Below are positions 27,246 to 41,299 of a stretch of 64,000 nt of DNA, one piece after another. The stretch lies in the NCBI GenBank assembly GCA_000934665.2, contig KZ538467.1, positions 1 through 64,000 on the forward strand, in the 5' to 3' direction. A model generated the notes under the pieces. The model was not told the DNA's origin. It was given only the letters and a program-made list of their open reading frames with translations, and did no database searches. This stretch comes from Catajapyx aquilonaris. Lineage: Eukaryota. Position numbers and translations under genes: made by a program. Positions within the stretch are counted from its first letter, which is position 1, and each line of letters starts with the position of its first letter.

Positions 27246-28539
27246 CGACTAGTGGTTAGCAATGTTATGATATAACCGAGCCAACTCATAATATATGAAA
27301 TAAATGCGTGGGTCGCCCCCATATAGTGGTATGGCTTCTAATGGTTGTTTACTACCCTGCGTTCTACTATCGACCGCGTGGGGTCACTCGTGGATGCACA
27401 CACCGCCTGGCTGGTACACTCTCGTCCGGATACGTTTCACGTAACATCCAAAGGAATTTGAGCTTGCTACAGACTACAATTGGGTTGACTTCCAGAATCC
27501 GGGCCCCGGTTAATTAGCGATACATTGCCGGGCCCTGTCAATAAGCCAGACTGCAACTTATCAGATTACGTGCCCAACAAGCTACAGGTGAAAATGGCGA
27601 AGGAGGAAAATTGGGCCCGGTTGCAGATTTCATCGCCAAAACAGGCCCCTAAGGGTCTTCCCCNCCGGTCCTCGCCATCGCCAGACTATGGCAGCAGCAC
27701 AAAGGCCTATACACACTAGACTCTAACGGTCTCTAATAAGGGTGAAAATATCCTTCGCACCGAGCTTGACGAGCCTCCAAACTTGGCGCTCGCTAACTTT
27801 GGGCTAAATCATTTTTAGGGATCCGTACAGATTCGTGCGGAAGGTGTGCAATTAGGCCCGTGACGTTCACACGGGCGTCGTTGCGGTTGGGATCCGACAA
27901 AGGGGTAGTCCATTAAGTGGGTCATACGGATTTTCCCTTTTTTTGACATGTCACGTTGGGTATCGTCTTACCGACAAAGGCATATAAGGCCAACAAATTC
28001 GATCTTATCGGAATTGGGAGTAGGATAGCATTATACTTCCCCTTTCCAAAATAGGCCCCGTTTGCACGAGGCTGCTGATAGCAAACCATATACAGATTGG
28101 CCCGCTCCGTGCTGATTGGCAGGACAGCAGCGACTTCGTCGGTATACTGTACAACTCGACATAATCCGGCCGGGTTTGTTGTGCCCTCCCTATCTGAACA
28201 GAAACCGATTTTAACTTATTCACGCCATCAATCCTCCGCGACCACAACTGCTTGCAAAATTGAGCACCCTATCAGACCCTGGCGTTCCTCCATAAATAAG
28301 TCCGGGAACAGGTCTTTGACCCACCAGTCCCAAATTCAGCAAACTGAACATCCATGACTCTAGGGGTCTAGGACATATTCCTCATCGTCCAAATGGCCGA
28401 ATGAACATGAAGCCTTCCACTCTACTTTCGACAGCCGCCACCCCCCCCCCCCTCAATCCGATCTTGAAGCCGGTGGTTTGCCTTCACAACCAGGATGCAC
28501 TGTACAGTGCAAACTTGTCTTCCATGGCTCCCTCCCTCT

Positions 28540-28800
28540 GCACGGCTTGATTCGCAACTGCCAATTTATCCGGGACCTGATTCCAAAGTGCAACGACCAT
28601 TCGCGTGAGGGTCTGCACTTTCGCATTGTGTTTCAGTAACAAAAGCTGCTGGGATTCGTACTTATTANCCCCCCCCCCCCCAAACCCAAATCATTCAAGC
28701 TTACATGCAGAATCAACAAAGATCTGGGGGTTGAACCAGGGGACAGTTATCTGTCAGGAAGAATCAACATATAACGGAACAACTGCCCCGGAACATTAGG
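28540..28800 (-). mobile_element. Possible decayed LINE ORF2 3' end
   Basis: Minus-strand TRMVVALWNQVPDKL resembles the CR1/L2 C-terminal RxxxxWNxLP motif; otherwise unreadable. Confidence 0.3.
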
Positions 28801-28868
28801 AGTGTGAAGAATTCCGGTTCTTCACTGCTCAATAATTGAGCCATATTTACACTACATAACCAGATATT

Positions 28869-29143
28869 ACCGAAGCAGGTTGGTGTAGGGGATAAGGAGC
28901 CCGCCTGCTAATCGGGAGGTCCTGGGTTCGAATCCAGGGACCAGCGACCCTGACCATGGTTTTCTGTGGTTTTCCATGGTCCCCTCCAGGACAATTCCGG
29001 GGTCGTTTCCGTAAAAAATAGGCCACAGCCGCTTCCTTTCTTCCCTATCCCTGGTCCCATCCAATGGTGGTAATCCACCCCCCTAAGGGAGCCAAAGGCT
29101 CTAGCACGGGGTATGAAATAAAAATAAAAATAAAAATAAATAA
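28869..29143 (+). mobile_element. tRNA-derived SINE, short form
   Basis: ACCGAAGCAGGTTGGTGTAGGGG (A box), GGTTCGAATCC (B box), body ggttttctgtggttttcc...aataggccacagccgcttcc, and (TAAAAA)n tail. Inverted copy of 7461-7719. Confidence 0.9.
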
Positions 29144-32100
29144 CCATATATTTTCAGGTATGACTCTCATGACTCCAATCGCATCAAAGGCGGAAAACCA
29201 CCCTGGTTTTCCTATCGCCGGATTTCATTCCATCGGCGTGTTTTTAGCCCTCCCTAGCCAAACGGATCAATGCTGAGAATTTTTTTGTTTAAATCCCAAA
29301 GAACGACAGGACTACCAATGGGGTCAATTGTGTCATTATTAGCTCCCCTTTTACTTATGGCAGCCTAGGATTTCTCTCCGAGTTTTTCTTTTTTTTTCTA
29401 CCATATGTATCTATCAAGGTTTCAACTCTTATCGGGCTCCCCCCTTCGGCCATAGTTGTCAGACAGCCTGGGCAGTTGGTTAGGGAAGCGGGGAGGGTAG
29501 GGGCTGGAGGGGGGTGTTTCCTCGGAGGGCGCCACGAGCGGCTACGAGCATCAATCAAGTCTGTCTTGAAAGGAAAGCAGAATAAAGGTGGTCACGCTTA
29601 ATTCCCCTACTGTTCCCCCTCCAAACGTGAGCCAGACTATTTTTTTTTTCCACATGTTTTTTTGGAGGAAGGGGGCACCATTGTGAAAGGCTGCCAGCAC
29701 TGGTCAAAAGTGCGCCTGGAGGGAACAACAAACTCCAAAGAAAACCTTCCCGAACGGTTTTGTGCCCTCTTGGTAAAAGCCTTGCTTTATTATTCAAAGG
29801 ACGCAAGCAAGCGCGATTGGATCGAACCTAATCTTTTCCTTCCCATGAATGAAGCGGGCCGAGCTTCGTCNCCCCAAAAAAAAGGTACTATAATTACTGT
29901 CATCCGCCATCAAACGACCAATGGACACACCAACAATTCCATATAAATTTATTTAAAATATTGAAATTTAATAAGGGTTAAGCGTAAAAATGGCGTCCAG
30001 TTGCCAACATTGGCCCAACTATCCACAAAGGAAATGAATGGGAAAAAAAAGGTCAGATGCGTTTTACAAAAAAAAGATAACGAGTTCGTTGCTCCGTGGC
30101 GGCTTTGAGCTCCCAGAGTTGAGTGTTTGCATCGCCGACCTTAATAATATGCACGCTCGCGATGGGAAATGATAGGCCTAATTTCCCCACGAATAAATCG
30201 CACCTCAATTCATGTATCACATTTTAATTCCCTCACTAGAAAATAACACTGTACCTGTTTTCTATGGTCCAAAGAAAAAAAAAGTTGGCTTATATTTTGC
30301 ATGCACTGTACTTCCCCAGCTCAAGGCTTTAAGCGGCGCTATATTTTGCACTCTGATACTCTTACGTATCGCTAGCAACCACATGCGCTCCGCGATAAGG
30401 AAGTAGTTTATGACAAATCAATTCCAGAACAGACACGTCACCCGGTCAGCTATTCGCCCTAAACTATAACTCTCGTGGTCTGGTGGACGTGTAATTATGC
30501 GATGACCAATCGTTTTCAGAATCCAGATGACCTCACACAACCATACTGTACTTGAGTAATCAAATCGAATTTCTTCCCCCCCTATTCCAATAATTCATGC
30601 TTGTTTCCTCGGCTTCTATTGTGTCCACAAATGAGCTACGACATGACACCACAAAACCACCCTATTATAATTAAAGACCTCCTGAAAAAAAAAAACAGTC
30701 TTCAGGATATTTCCTTTCATCTGTGGTAACCAAGTTTCGATTATTGAACCTGTCCTGTAGAACTCTCTCAAAATGTGTACTGTACGGGCCCCTTCCAAAC
30801 TCGCAAACTTATTTATCTGAACATGCTTGGATTCCATAAACAGATTGAGAGTAGTCAAGGTCGTCTTCCCATTTTCAAAGAGGGGAGNGGGGGGGGGGAA
30901 GAGTCCCATTTACTTATTTACTATTGGCTCGTTAACACTTCCAGCCCTCAATATAACTTTATGCAAATTATGACAATTCGTGGTTATGTCATGGTCAGCC
31001 GATTTTAACCGGCTAGTAACGAGCCATTAATAAATCAATTGCACGTTTTTTTTCTTTTTTTTTTAAACAAAACGGCATAGCCTGGATTCGTCACTATTAA
31101 TTATTCAAATCTGCTTCACGATACGGGGTGTTGGAGAGTTTATCTTGGACCACCTGGTATAGGTTCCCGTTCCCCCTCAGTTCATTTTCCAACATTTTTG
31201 TGCCTGCGCCTTTATCGGCCCACTGCCTATCCCGGATGTGGAACGCATAAAATTTCAATGCAAAAATGACGCATGGATTTCCAATACGTATAATAGTGCA
31301 AGGGCGTATCCCAAAGTACAAGACACAGGCTTTGATAATTCATGCGCTTTGCGTGGGTCCATTTTCCGCCCCCCCCTCTCCCCACTTTTTTACCCCCTCC
31401 CCCTTCCCCCATGCCGTTACGCCAAATACTATAGCGTGATACCCTGATGACAACACTCAAAAAAATCATACGCAAAAAGCAATCTTTTCACAAGAAGTGT
31501 AGGTAACTCGTGTGTAAAAGGTGAAAGCAACGCGTAACTAATAGTAGATTCTACCTTTTTCAACAACAAAAAAATATATACATTTTGGTTCCTTTCTGCA
31601 CCGTAAGCGTAGCGAAGAAAATACAGCAGCCAGACCTCAAGAAGAAAAGAAGCCAAGGGCAACTCTAGTCCAAAGAGGAGGGTTTTCTGGCTGCTGGCGA
31701 CAACTTGAGTGGATGGCGAGGAAGAAGATGGGAGAAAAAAACTGATATAAAAAAAAATAGAGAAAGACCGGCAGCACCACCGCAGGATGGCCTCCAACTC
31801 AATTCGAGTACAACCACCATGTTGTAGTCAGCAAAACCGACAACCACTTCCAAGCTTCATACCCAGAATCGACAAATTTGTTAAAATATTAATTTCCAGC
31901 TATGTACCAAAAAAAAAAAAAAAAGACCAGCCTAACACAATTTGGATCCCAAAATGTGACTATATTCCACCATGTTGAGTGGCATTTTCGCTCAAATATT
32001 TGAGCACATACTGTCAGCATCCCCATTAGGTGCAACAGATTATTTATTCCGCTTTAAACCAATTAGCCAACAGCTGCAATCAAACACTACAAAAAAACCC

Positions 32101-32659
32101 CCTACCCTTGCATCTCCACCGTCATCAAAAACAATCTGCACATTAGTTATGCCACTCCCAGCATTACCGCCCAGCCCTTTTGCCACTAATGCAACCCTCT
32201 AACAGTATACATTTTGAAATGACCTGCACTATACACATGTAAAAACCCACACACATAAAAATAACTGCAGGTTACATAAATAGTAATACCCATTTTTTTT
32301 TGCGGGACATGCTCGACTGGTAATGCTGTTTGTGGATGATAACTTTGGTAGGAAAGTACAAGGTCCATACAGCCAGCCTCTATATAAATTATGCACCAGT
32401 GCACGTGAGCCGTGAAAATGCAACACAAGGCGGAATTTGAGCTGCTTTGAGCCAGAAATGGTAAAGGGGACGGAAAGGGGGCGTTATAGGTCCAAGGAAA
32501 GATACACTGTGACTGTCCGTCTGTGTATTTGCACTTCCCATTCGAGCGTTCCAAATGTGATGGTGCACTGTACCTACCTCATTTTCATGGGTGGAGGAAT
32601 TTTGAAGGGAAAAGGGTTTGCGGTTGTGGAAGTTGGAAGTGGGGAGTTTCTATAAAAAG

Positions 32660-32695
<36 letters not shown>

Positions 32696-32702
32696 GAGAG
32701 AG
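32660..32702. repeat. (GA)n microsatellite
   Basis: Direct reading. Confidence 0.95.
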
Positions 32703-35698
32703 TTGAGGATTTTCTTCTGTCATTTGTCCACTTGGATAAGAAGTGACTGGCTATAATCGAGTTACACGCTCTCCCCGCCACTGGATCGTTCCATTGCAAC
32801 TTTGTCCCCTGGGTGCAAACACGAATGGACTAAATAAACATAACTCGGTGTGGATGAGCCAAAAGCTACAGTATACTGTAGGATGTCTGGCACAAAAATT
32901 TATAAATAACTAAAGGCCGGTTATATGAACGAAAATTCTGGATTTATTATGATCCTGAGCAACCAAGAACCGGATAAATAAATAAATCTGATTACATGTT
33001 AATAATTTAGATTTTTCCAACATTTGCATTTAGGTTTGAGATATGGCTAAGCATGAACAGTAGTTTTCAAGGCCTGAGGGTTGTTCTGAATGAAACTGGA
33101 TGCCCCTCCCAGCGTTATGCAATATGGAAAACTGAAAAGCCCGGCCACGTGCATAGTACACACATTACGTATGCGGATCATTTAAGTACACCAATGGCAC
33201 AACAGTAAGTCAACTCCAAAATGCATGAAATTTGGATCGCGCCAGCATGCTGATTAAGCAGGTATAAATAATTTCCTGTCAAATATTAACTGCCCGGGGA
33301 AAATTCTTGTCATAAGTGACAACATGGATGCATTGACACATGATCCCACCGCATAAATATTCATTATCGTTGTTGTTTGACACTAAATGCAATTTATATC
33401 ACCTGGGTCCCATCCGGTATCAATTTTCAAACGCAATTTTCATACCCATCCCCCCAAAAAAATACACCTTTGTACACACGTCAGTTCCTTACTACCCACC
33501 TTTTCTTCCCCAAGAAATAAACAATCAACCCAACCCGTCCCAAAAGCACACAACTCAATAACTACCCTTCTAACTACATACCCCAGGTCGATTTACACCG
33601 CCAGTCATCAAGGACGTCTCAATTCACTCCCCTCCAAATATACACACAATCGAAAAGTATACCCCTCCCCCCCCAACCCCAACCCCCCCCATACAAAACT
33701 CGGTACANCCAACCCCAACCCCCCCATACAAAACTCGGTACACCAAACACTCCTATGAATTATTCACATATCGAGTTTAGCCCTTACACTTCTCCAGCAG
33801 ATGTTCAATAATGCACTCTAGTATTGCGAAGGGACGGATATAGCTGCCCTCACTAAAGGCCCATCTAGCCGAGAGGGAGGGAAGAAGGCTGGCTGATTTT
33901 CTTTTTCTTTTCTTTATTTTTTTTTTCTTGAAAGAAAAGGGGCGGGAGGGGGAAGGAGGGGTTGGTTGGTTGGTTTTATCTGCAATCAATTTCTTCCCGT
34001 AACGATTTCGGTTCGGCCGAGATATTGTATTGTTGGCCCAGATACGGTTCGTTTCCGCTCNCCCACCCCCCACCTTCCCCCTTGAATCCCTACCGCAAAA
34101 GACACCAAGAAAAAGCCAAGTCAGCCTATCCGTCTCATTGACATCGTTGATGCAAACGAGTTCAGTGCACCTGAATAACTTCGGCTGGTCCATTGTGTTG
34201 CCAATGTGTACGACGATCGCCAAGAACTGGCTGATACATGCATGAGCCAAGTCCCGTTTTTTTTGTGACTAATTGCATAAGCAATTTAGCGCTAGTCGTT
34301 CGTTACATGGGCGGGTGACAAATGGGCTGGGCGTATGAAACGTATGAATTCGCAGGTGGCATTATGCTGCATATCAAATTGATGGCCCGGTATCAGTCTG
34401 TGAATGTGATATAAATCCATCAGTATGTTTGTTCCGACTCTCGGATGTTGAATTAGTCGGGCCGCTAAGACAAACTCTAGCTTGAATATCAAACAAGGTG
34501 CGACCTTGTTTTTCTAATTAAATACACTTTTGTAAATTAAAATATGGGTGTTGCAATCCCCTTGTCACCCTCCAGAAACATCGTACAAAATAAGTGTCAG
34601 CCACTGCACCTGAAAAAAATGTAACTGTACACTAATGTGACTGCTATTGCCACTAGTCAGCTCTAAAAATAAGGCGTAATTATGACTTTTTTTTTGCCAC
34701 CACCTACTGCATAGGCTATCGCTCAGGGTCACAATTTTTTTTCTTCTTCTTCTTTACAACCAACAGCTGCACTTTCACTACCGGATGAATAATTCCTACT
34801 ATATAGGTGCAAATTCAACTAAGCGCCTATAAAAGTCAAGTGCACGGACTGTTAGCCTAACATTCGTTGCGGGTGAGAGTTTACGCGACCAACATCGAGC
34901 TGAAAGTGAGGTGAATTTAGTACGGAAAAAAAACTAACTGAACAGAGCGCAAAACAAGAGTTTGGAGGGAAATGACATAACCCGGGTATTAATTTGCAGA
35001 CAGTATGGTTTTACAGGGGCAGGCTTATTTCCCCTCGGCAGCCACTGGCACCCCTATATGCGCGTAACACACACGGACGGTATGGAATGCGGAACGGGAG
35101 TCGCAACTAACTAGCAGGTTCAACCTGGAGCTGACAGGAACCTTTTGGATTGGCAGCTGGCAGCCATTTTCATCCTACGTGATATACCGTCCGACACCCC
35201 CCAACCCGACATGCTGAAATACAGCCATGTCACAAGAGAGGCTGTTTTTTTAATAAAAAAAACTACCCCATACACGCACCCTCAATAAATTTCACACATT
35301 CAATTCCGGATAAGACTTACCGTTAGCAGTGAGTGAGATATGCGGATTTTAAATAAATTGCTGGCATCATCTTAGAGGGGGCTGGTGACACTTGAGTCAT
35401 TGACGTCCGGAATGGTATTGGGGGGGGGNAGACTCTTGAGCCCAGCAAGTGGAGGACTCTCGGGTCCCTCCAGCCGTGTCAATGTCAACGGCCCTAGCCT
35501 GTCAACCCCTGATGCAGATTCCCACCAAAAAGAGGGTGGGGGGGTTGCTTTCCCAACGGAATCACTAGTGTGCATGATACTCGACGCCATGTTCTTTCCA
35601 TCAGGGTGATGCTAGTTGGGTTGGCACATGCTTGGATCGACCCATCGCATCGCCCAGAGAGGGGGATGTAAAATGAAGTAGGTGGTAAGTGTGCCTAC

Positions 35699-36144
35699 CT
35701 GTTGCATCTTTTCAAAGTCCAGGCAGGGCCGTTGGATGTGATGCGGACGTGGCGTGTGTCTTCGCTTCCGAGGAGACACGGCCGTCACTTCCAGAGAGTC
35801 TTCCGGATCTTCCTCTTGCTGCGGAGGACGCTGCTGAAGGACCTGTTGCCTAGGAGGTTGCTGCCTGTTCTGTGCTGGAGCTTCCTGTTGTTGTTGCTGC
35901 TGCTGATCTTCGTGTAGCTGCTGGTGGTGGTGGTGGTGGTGATGGTGATGATGGTGGTGGTGAGAGTGATGGGATGAGTGATGAGAATGATGAGTGTGGT
36001 GGTGCAAGGTGCAGGGAGAGGACGCGTCGTGGTCGTCTGAGAAGTGGAAGAGTTTGGGTGGCGGGGATTGCGAGCGGCCCGGTTTGTGGGCGTCCACTGG
36101 TGGGGACGTGCGAAACTCCACAGGCGTTGACAATGATCCAGACA
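35699..36144 (-). CDS. Reph: Reph/FAM53-like gene, internal coding exon (PVEFRTSPP..., poly-His/Gln, SPRKRRHTPRPHHIQRPCLDFEKMQQ)
   Basis: Branch-like tactaat plus acceptor ccacag| (AG 36146-36145); donor CAG|gtaggc (35698). 446 nt, phase 1 in and phase 0 out. Contains the KRRH..RPxLDFxKMxQ motif shared with FAM53 proteins. Confidence 0.9.
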
Positions 36145-36235
36145 CTGTGGATGATAACAAAGCATTACAAATTAGTAAGCGTCGATCAAGTGGCGCTCTC
36201 AAAGTTACAAGAAAGAATTTAAAAGTAATATTTAC

Positions 36236-36769
36236 TTGGAGTCCTAGTGGAGGCACTGTCCGAGTTGGTTGTAGTGGACGTGGCCAGCTGCAGCAGTCCC
36301 TGAACCTCCTCGTCAGAACTTCCCGAGCTCTCCAAACTCAGCCTGTTGACTTGAGACCACTTGCGTTTGTTCTCCGGGTAAGAATCTCTGGTCGCGAACA
36401 ACAACTCTTTCCCTGGCCCGTTGCTGTTGATCACCTCCAGCTCCTCCTCCGAACTATGGTGGTCATAGTTGTGGTCGCTATCGCTAGGCAATGCTGAGTC
36501 CACCAGGCAGCACTGCTCTTCCTCTTCCTCTTCCTCCTCCTCCTCTTCTTCTTCCTCCTCCTCTTCCTCCTCTTCGTCACCGGCTCGGATCCCCCCCTGC
36601 TGGCGGCCACGTCGAGGGCGCCCCACGGCTGCTCTAGGTGGCAAAAAAACGCCTTCGCAGGGCGCCACAGATGCCGACGAACTGGTCACTGTCGAGGTGT
36701 TGGACGTGGCCACCGGGCTGGTGCCGTTGTCGCGACTCGCCTGCTCTTTTTCAACTTCGTTTTCCATGG
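36236..36769 (-). CDS. Reph: Reph/FAM53-like gene, coding exon with internal AUG (36767), poly-Glu, DHHSSEEELEVIN, KRKWSQV, SSGSSDEEV
   Basis: Polypyrimidine acceptor catctcttccattcctttag|CC ATG G; donor CCA A|gtaaat (36235). The 91-nt intron restores frame into the next exon (P-M-S-G-S-L-S-T-P-V-E-F). Confidence 0.9.
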
Positions 36770-37169
36770 CTAAAGGAATGGAAGAGATGGGAGTAGACGC
36801 ATCAGTCAAGACAGTGCTACGCCCACCATACAGACAATCGTGTCAATGTTTGTGTTGTCATATAGTTGTCGACAGTGCCTTTCATCCAGAGTGTGACTCA
36901 TGCCTATTATGATGTCCTAACTTCCTTACTCCTCCACAACTCAGACGAAGGTCGCCACCTATCGTTCACCTTCCCTGGCCAAATACGGGTGCTTTTAATT
37001 ACCGTTTGTGCACCTGTCACGTGAGCCTCACACACTCCATCACCTGCCACCAGTTGCACTTCAGAAGCACACCCCCCCCCCTCAGGCTAGCACACAAGTC
37101 AATCGAAACCCCCTAATTATCCAAGTCGTTTCATGATCCACACGTCCTTCACTTGTCATCAATCAACTC

Positions 37170-37170
<1 letters not shown>

Positions 37171-37239
<69 letters not shown>
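37171..37239. repeat. (ATT)23 perfect microsatellite
   Basis: Direct reading. Confidence 0.97.
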
Positions 37240-40200
37240 GAGCAGCCTGTGTTGGGCAAGCAGTGTGGCAGTAGCTATACCCATGGCAATTCCCTTTTAT
37301 GACACCTAAAACTGACCTGGACTATTCGCAGTCACGCAAGGTCCAATTGGTAAAGGGGTGGGGAAGGGTGGGTTGGATTGTAACATTACTCCTGAACTAA
37401 TAGGTATTATCCGGGGGTCGGCGATCTGCTGAAGAACTGCTCCCTTGGCTGCCTGCCGACCGTAAAATGCCGTAAGCACGGATTGCCCTTTGTTCACAAG
37501 GCACAAGAATTAAAACAGGTCTTAGAATGAGATGAAAGGGTATGGTGTGAGTGGATATTTTTAAAAAAAAGCACATTCGCAACAACCGGTCTTTATATAA
37601 GGTGCTAAAACCGCACTTCTTTATAACATTTGCCTACCTTCAGGCTTACCGCACCTTTCCAGACTGTTTTCAAGCAAAGTTGCCATACTATATACCAGGA
37701 ATTCCATTCAATTTAAATGAAACATATGGCGAAAATTACACCCACATTTTGGTAATGATACATTCAGTGAAACACCACACTATCATTATCCACTATCCAG
37801 TAAAAGCAGGTGGTCATATAATTTTTTTTTGTACTATTCACCCCACTTTCAGCCCATTAAAATGTTTTCAAATCAAGGCTGTGAATTATACACACCTGCT
37901 GGTAGTTTTCAACAAAAAAAAACTCTTTTTTTGCCATTGCCCGGTAGTATTTAGATTAGTACACACTATAAGAAGTGAATGGAGGCCAAGTGGCCTTACA
38001 ATATTCTCCTTTTTTTAAAAAAAGAAAAAGACTCGGGTAGACTGCATGCTTGGCCAATCCATGAATCAGCAGCAAAATCAATTTTTATAAGGGCGGCGGC
38101 GGCTGGCTGACAAATGTCCCTTCCTCAATTTGGTCGTGACAAGGGTCGCATCAATCAAGTCCTTCATCCCCGCCCAACCCCCATATACTACATTCCCGGA
38201 TGGATGATCCTGCGGAGCACTAGTAGTACGGAGCTACAGTAGTCCGACGGTCACGATGGTGTTATAGCCGGGAGGGTCCGACTCATTTCGAAGGCACGCA
38301 ACGTTCACGTGCACACAACGGTACATTAGGCTACACAACATCGGGTGTGAAGAATAAACCCATTTTTCTATATTGTACAGTAAAAAAAAGGTGGTGAATG
38401 GCCTAACTTGCTATTACTTTTTTTTCTGTATCGTCAGTGTTGAGCAGAAACTCATGCATAGTAATCATGGCATAATCAGAATTTCAGAAATTGTATGGAA
38501 ATGACATATCGAAGGTCACTGAGTTTCAACCCTGGTTTACTCGTGGGAATTCATACAGTAAGCTAGTCACACAATAGACACCTTGAACTATTCCAGGGCC
38601 TAACTGGCCGGGTACTCCCTATTATTTACACGCAAAAAAAAGGGGGGGGGGGGATTGGTGCAGCCTCTGCAATGCCAAAAACGTGAAGTCATATTTACGC
38701 AAGACGAGAACCAGTTTCAGCCGAGGTTGTAACTCCACCTGTTTTATGGCCTTGTTCTCCTAAGCAACTCGCGTTTTATTTCGATTTTACTCTGCCCCAT
38801 ACTCCGCCAGACGACAATGCACTCCAAACTTGGCCTTCTGACGCTTGTACAAATGCCCATTTTATTCTGCTTCCTCATAGGTCCACTCGGCCTTCGGGAG
38901 CCCACAGAACACTGTCCACGTCCAGTCATATAAAAGTTGTGCTCCCTGACCAACTACCCTTCAATGGTATTTAAAAAAAGAGAGACCAGAGAGGTATAGC
39001 AGTACGGTCAAGTACCTGATACTTCCGTCCAAAAAATGTTTTTAAAAAACTTGAGCAGTCTCTTTAAAAGCAGATGCAGGCTCCATTTTAAAGGGCAAAC
39101 TCAACACCGGTTTTTGCTTCAAGAGTGCAAATCAATTCCTGGACCCCTGCTCCTTCCGAGGATTGCGGAACATTGTGGTGAGAGTTTAGAAAATGCAGGT
39201 CTTCTTATCTAGCTTCCAGATTTGAATTTCATGCAAATGTGCTAGCTCACGAAACGTACACGTTTGTGTAAGTGAGATTATGTAAGTCTCCTCTTCCAAG
39301 GGCATTATCATTATACTTTAAAATGTTCAAGAAAATAAGTTTTTCCCATATATATGCTGAGATTCTTATTAAATTAGTGGGACAAAAGAAAGTACGATAT
39401 TGTTTTCGTAGACGTATACACATGATATTCGCATCTCTGTGTAGTCCTGCACTAATGATGTGTGCAGATGGTGTTATCAAATGAAGGGATTGTTATGGGT
39501 GTCGGCTCTTTTTCCGCAAACTTTCCGAGAACCGGTAAAATAGTGTCCAGATTACATTTCATCAGTAGCCAGCTTCCTAGAATTATTTGGTAGGATTGTT
39601 ATAAATATTGATGGGCATATACAAAGAAACCATGTTGGATGTATCCTGATATCATATTCACGGTGTGAATGACACGTAGCTTGCTACGTGCTGATTGCAA
39701 TAAATCGTCCCTACTGGCCACAATTGATTTTTTCATTCTCTTTCATGTTGCGCGAATGCGGCGTACTCTTTAAAAATTCATATACTGTATATCTGCACAT
39801 TATGGCGTGGTCAAAACAGTGGTGTTATTACCAGTTTTGACGCCAATTCTCATCAAGTGTGCACGTCTTGTCAGAAGTAATGATATTGTTTCCGTACTAT
39901 TATAATTTCACCTTCATCTAAGAAAAATAAGGAAGGACAACCCACAGTTTCTACTTGCTTATTTGGAATGCCTAGGCTTGGTATTAAAATAGTAAGGCAC
40001 GTCAACTTTTTAAAAATTCTCCAGGACATAATATCACCAACGTCAAAATTGATTACTCAACACTGCTGATAAGTTACTAAGTCATAATGTCGCGCAACCA
40101 CTATCGCTTTTCTTATAACTTAAAGGCATCATTTATTTCACCCACCCCCGCTTTCAAATATCACTAATAAAAATTTTTAAACGACAGCAAGATATCTAAA

Positions 40201-41299
40201 TATGTAGCCTTCTAGATCCTGAAATTTACCTTTCAGAAAATACGTATAAAATAAGTATAAACTCATCATCTATGCCGCGTGCTTTTTCTAAAAGTGTTTA
40301 ACAATTTTACTGCTAAATAATCACGCATAGCTAGTGCTGCCCTCTGCCTTCTCGCCATCTGCGTCCATAGGTTAGGCAATAATGCTCACACGTAAGACTT
40401 GCTGCACTGGTCAGGATAGTGATTTGCTCAAAAGCCACTTTTTTGTATTTAAAAAATCCCAAAACTTTCACTATAGGCGCACATTGATACAACCGATGCA
40501 TAATTTCCACATTCACGGACTTTACAGTAGCAAAAGGTCGCCAACTCTGACCTTTTCACATTTAATTCCGGCTTAAGTTACATTCTCCCATGATACTTTG
40601 TATCGAAATACATAAGCTTACCCAAAAAGTAGTCATCCGGTGATAAGTACTAGCGCTTCATACACTGCACGTAACCTCAAGTAATATTTTGCTACACTAT
40701 TATTATAACCCCGACCAAAACCTCCTTCTACATGGCTACATCGACGGTCAAGGAGAAGTGTCTTCAGCCATGACATACACCCAAAACAGCATGTGCCCCA
40801 CCCTATATATCAGATCAAAGTGCTAACTCCTACCCAAAGATGCTCCTCTACTCTTCCTCTGGTCTGCACTACTTACTACCAGAAAGGCATCTTCCCCCTC
40901 CCTAGAATCCCTGCTTCTTCTTCCCCTTCTTGCAGCTGGCTGTCCTTGGCCAGAACCGGCCACAACCATCAGGCTGATGGTCACGGTTCTTGCCCAGGGC
41001 CGGCCCACACCTTCCCCTTCCCCAATACCCACCCACCAAAACTACCCATCTAGCACACACACACAACCAGTCCATCCGCCCAGGAAACTCGCCGCGTATA
41101 TCAAATAATGGGGCTCTGTGCAACAATGCGGGAGTTATCACTAGCGTAGTTAGTTACAAAATGGAGGCGAATGAGCCGACTTGCTTGTTCCGGAAACTCC
41201 GGCTGCGATAGGTTGAAAAGAGAATAAGTAGGGGGGCCCTTTTGTAACGCCTTTCCTCTCTCTCTCCTCGCGTGATGCTACAATGCAGGTTGGTGTGTT

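Noticed and set aside
28869..28945. tRNA-like sequences with A and B boxes (also near 7645-7719, 55775-55850 and 57090-57165)
   Set aside because: They lack a proper acceptor stem and continue into shared SINE bodies and tails, so they are SINE heads, not tRNA genes.
31750..31830. Minus-strand peptide LSWRPSCGGAAGLSLFF, faintly like the terminal exon WRHSGELSLYCW (alternative last exon?)
   Set aside because: No convincing phase-0 acceptor upstream, and the similarity is within chance.
33670..33745. Tandem duplication of ccaaccccaaccccccc(c)atacaaaactcggtaca
   Set aside because: The two copies are separated by a single N, typical of an unmerged contig overlap rather than a real repeat.
35612..35698. 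Read-through C-terminus VGTLTTYFILHPPLWAMRWVDPSMCQPN in the ORF track
   Set aside because: It begins at the CAG|gtaggc donor and is intronic in my model; the exon at 23803-23741 supplies the expected C-terminus. An intron-retention isoform cannot be excluded.
35872..36912. Plus-strand ORFs (116, 167 and 147 aa) overlapping the Reph exons
   Set aside because: Antisense shadows of GC-rich, repeat-containing coding exons.
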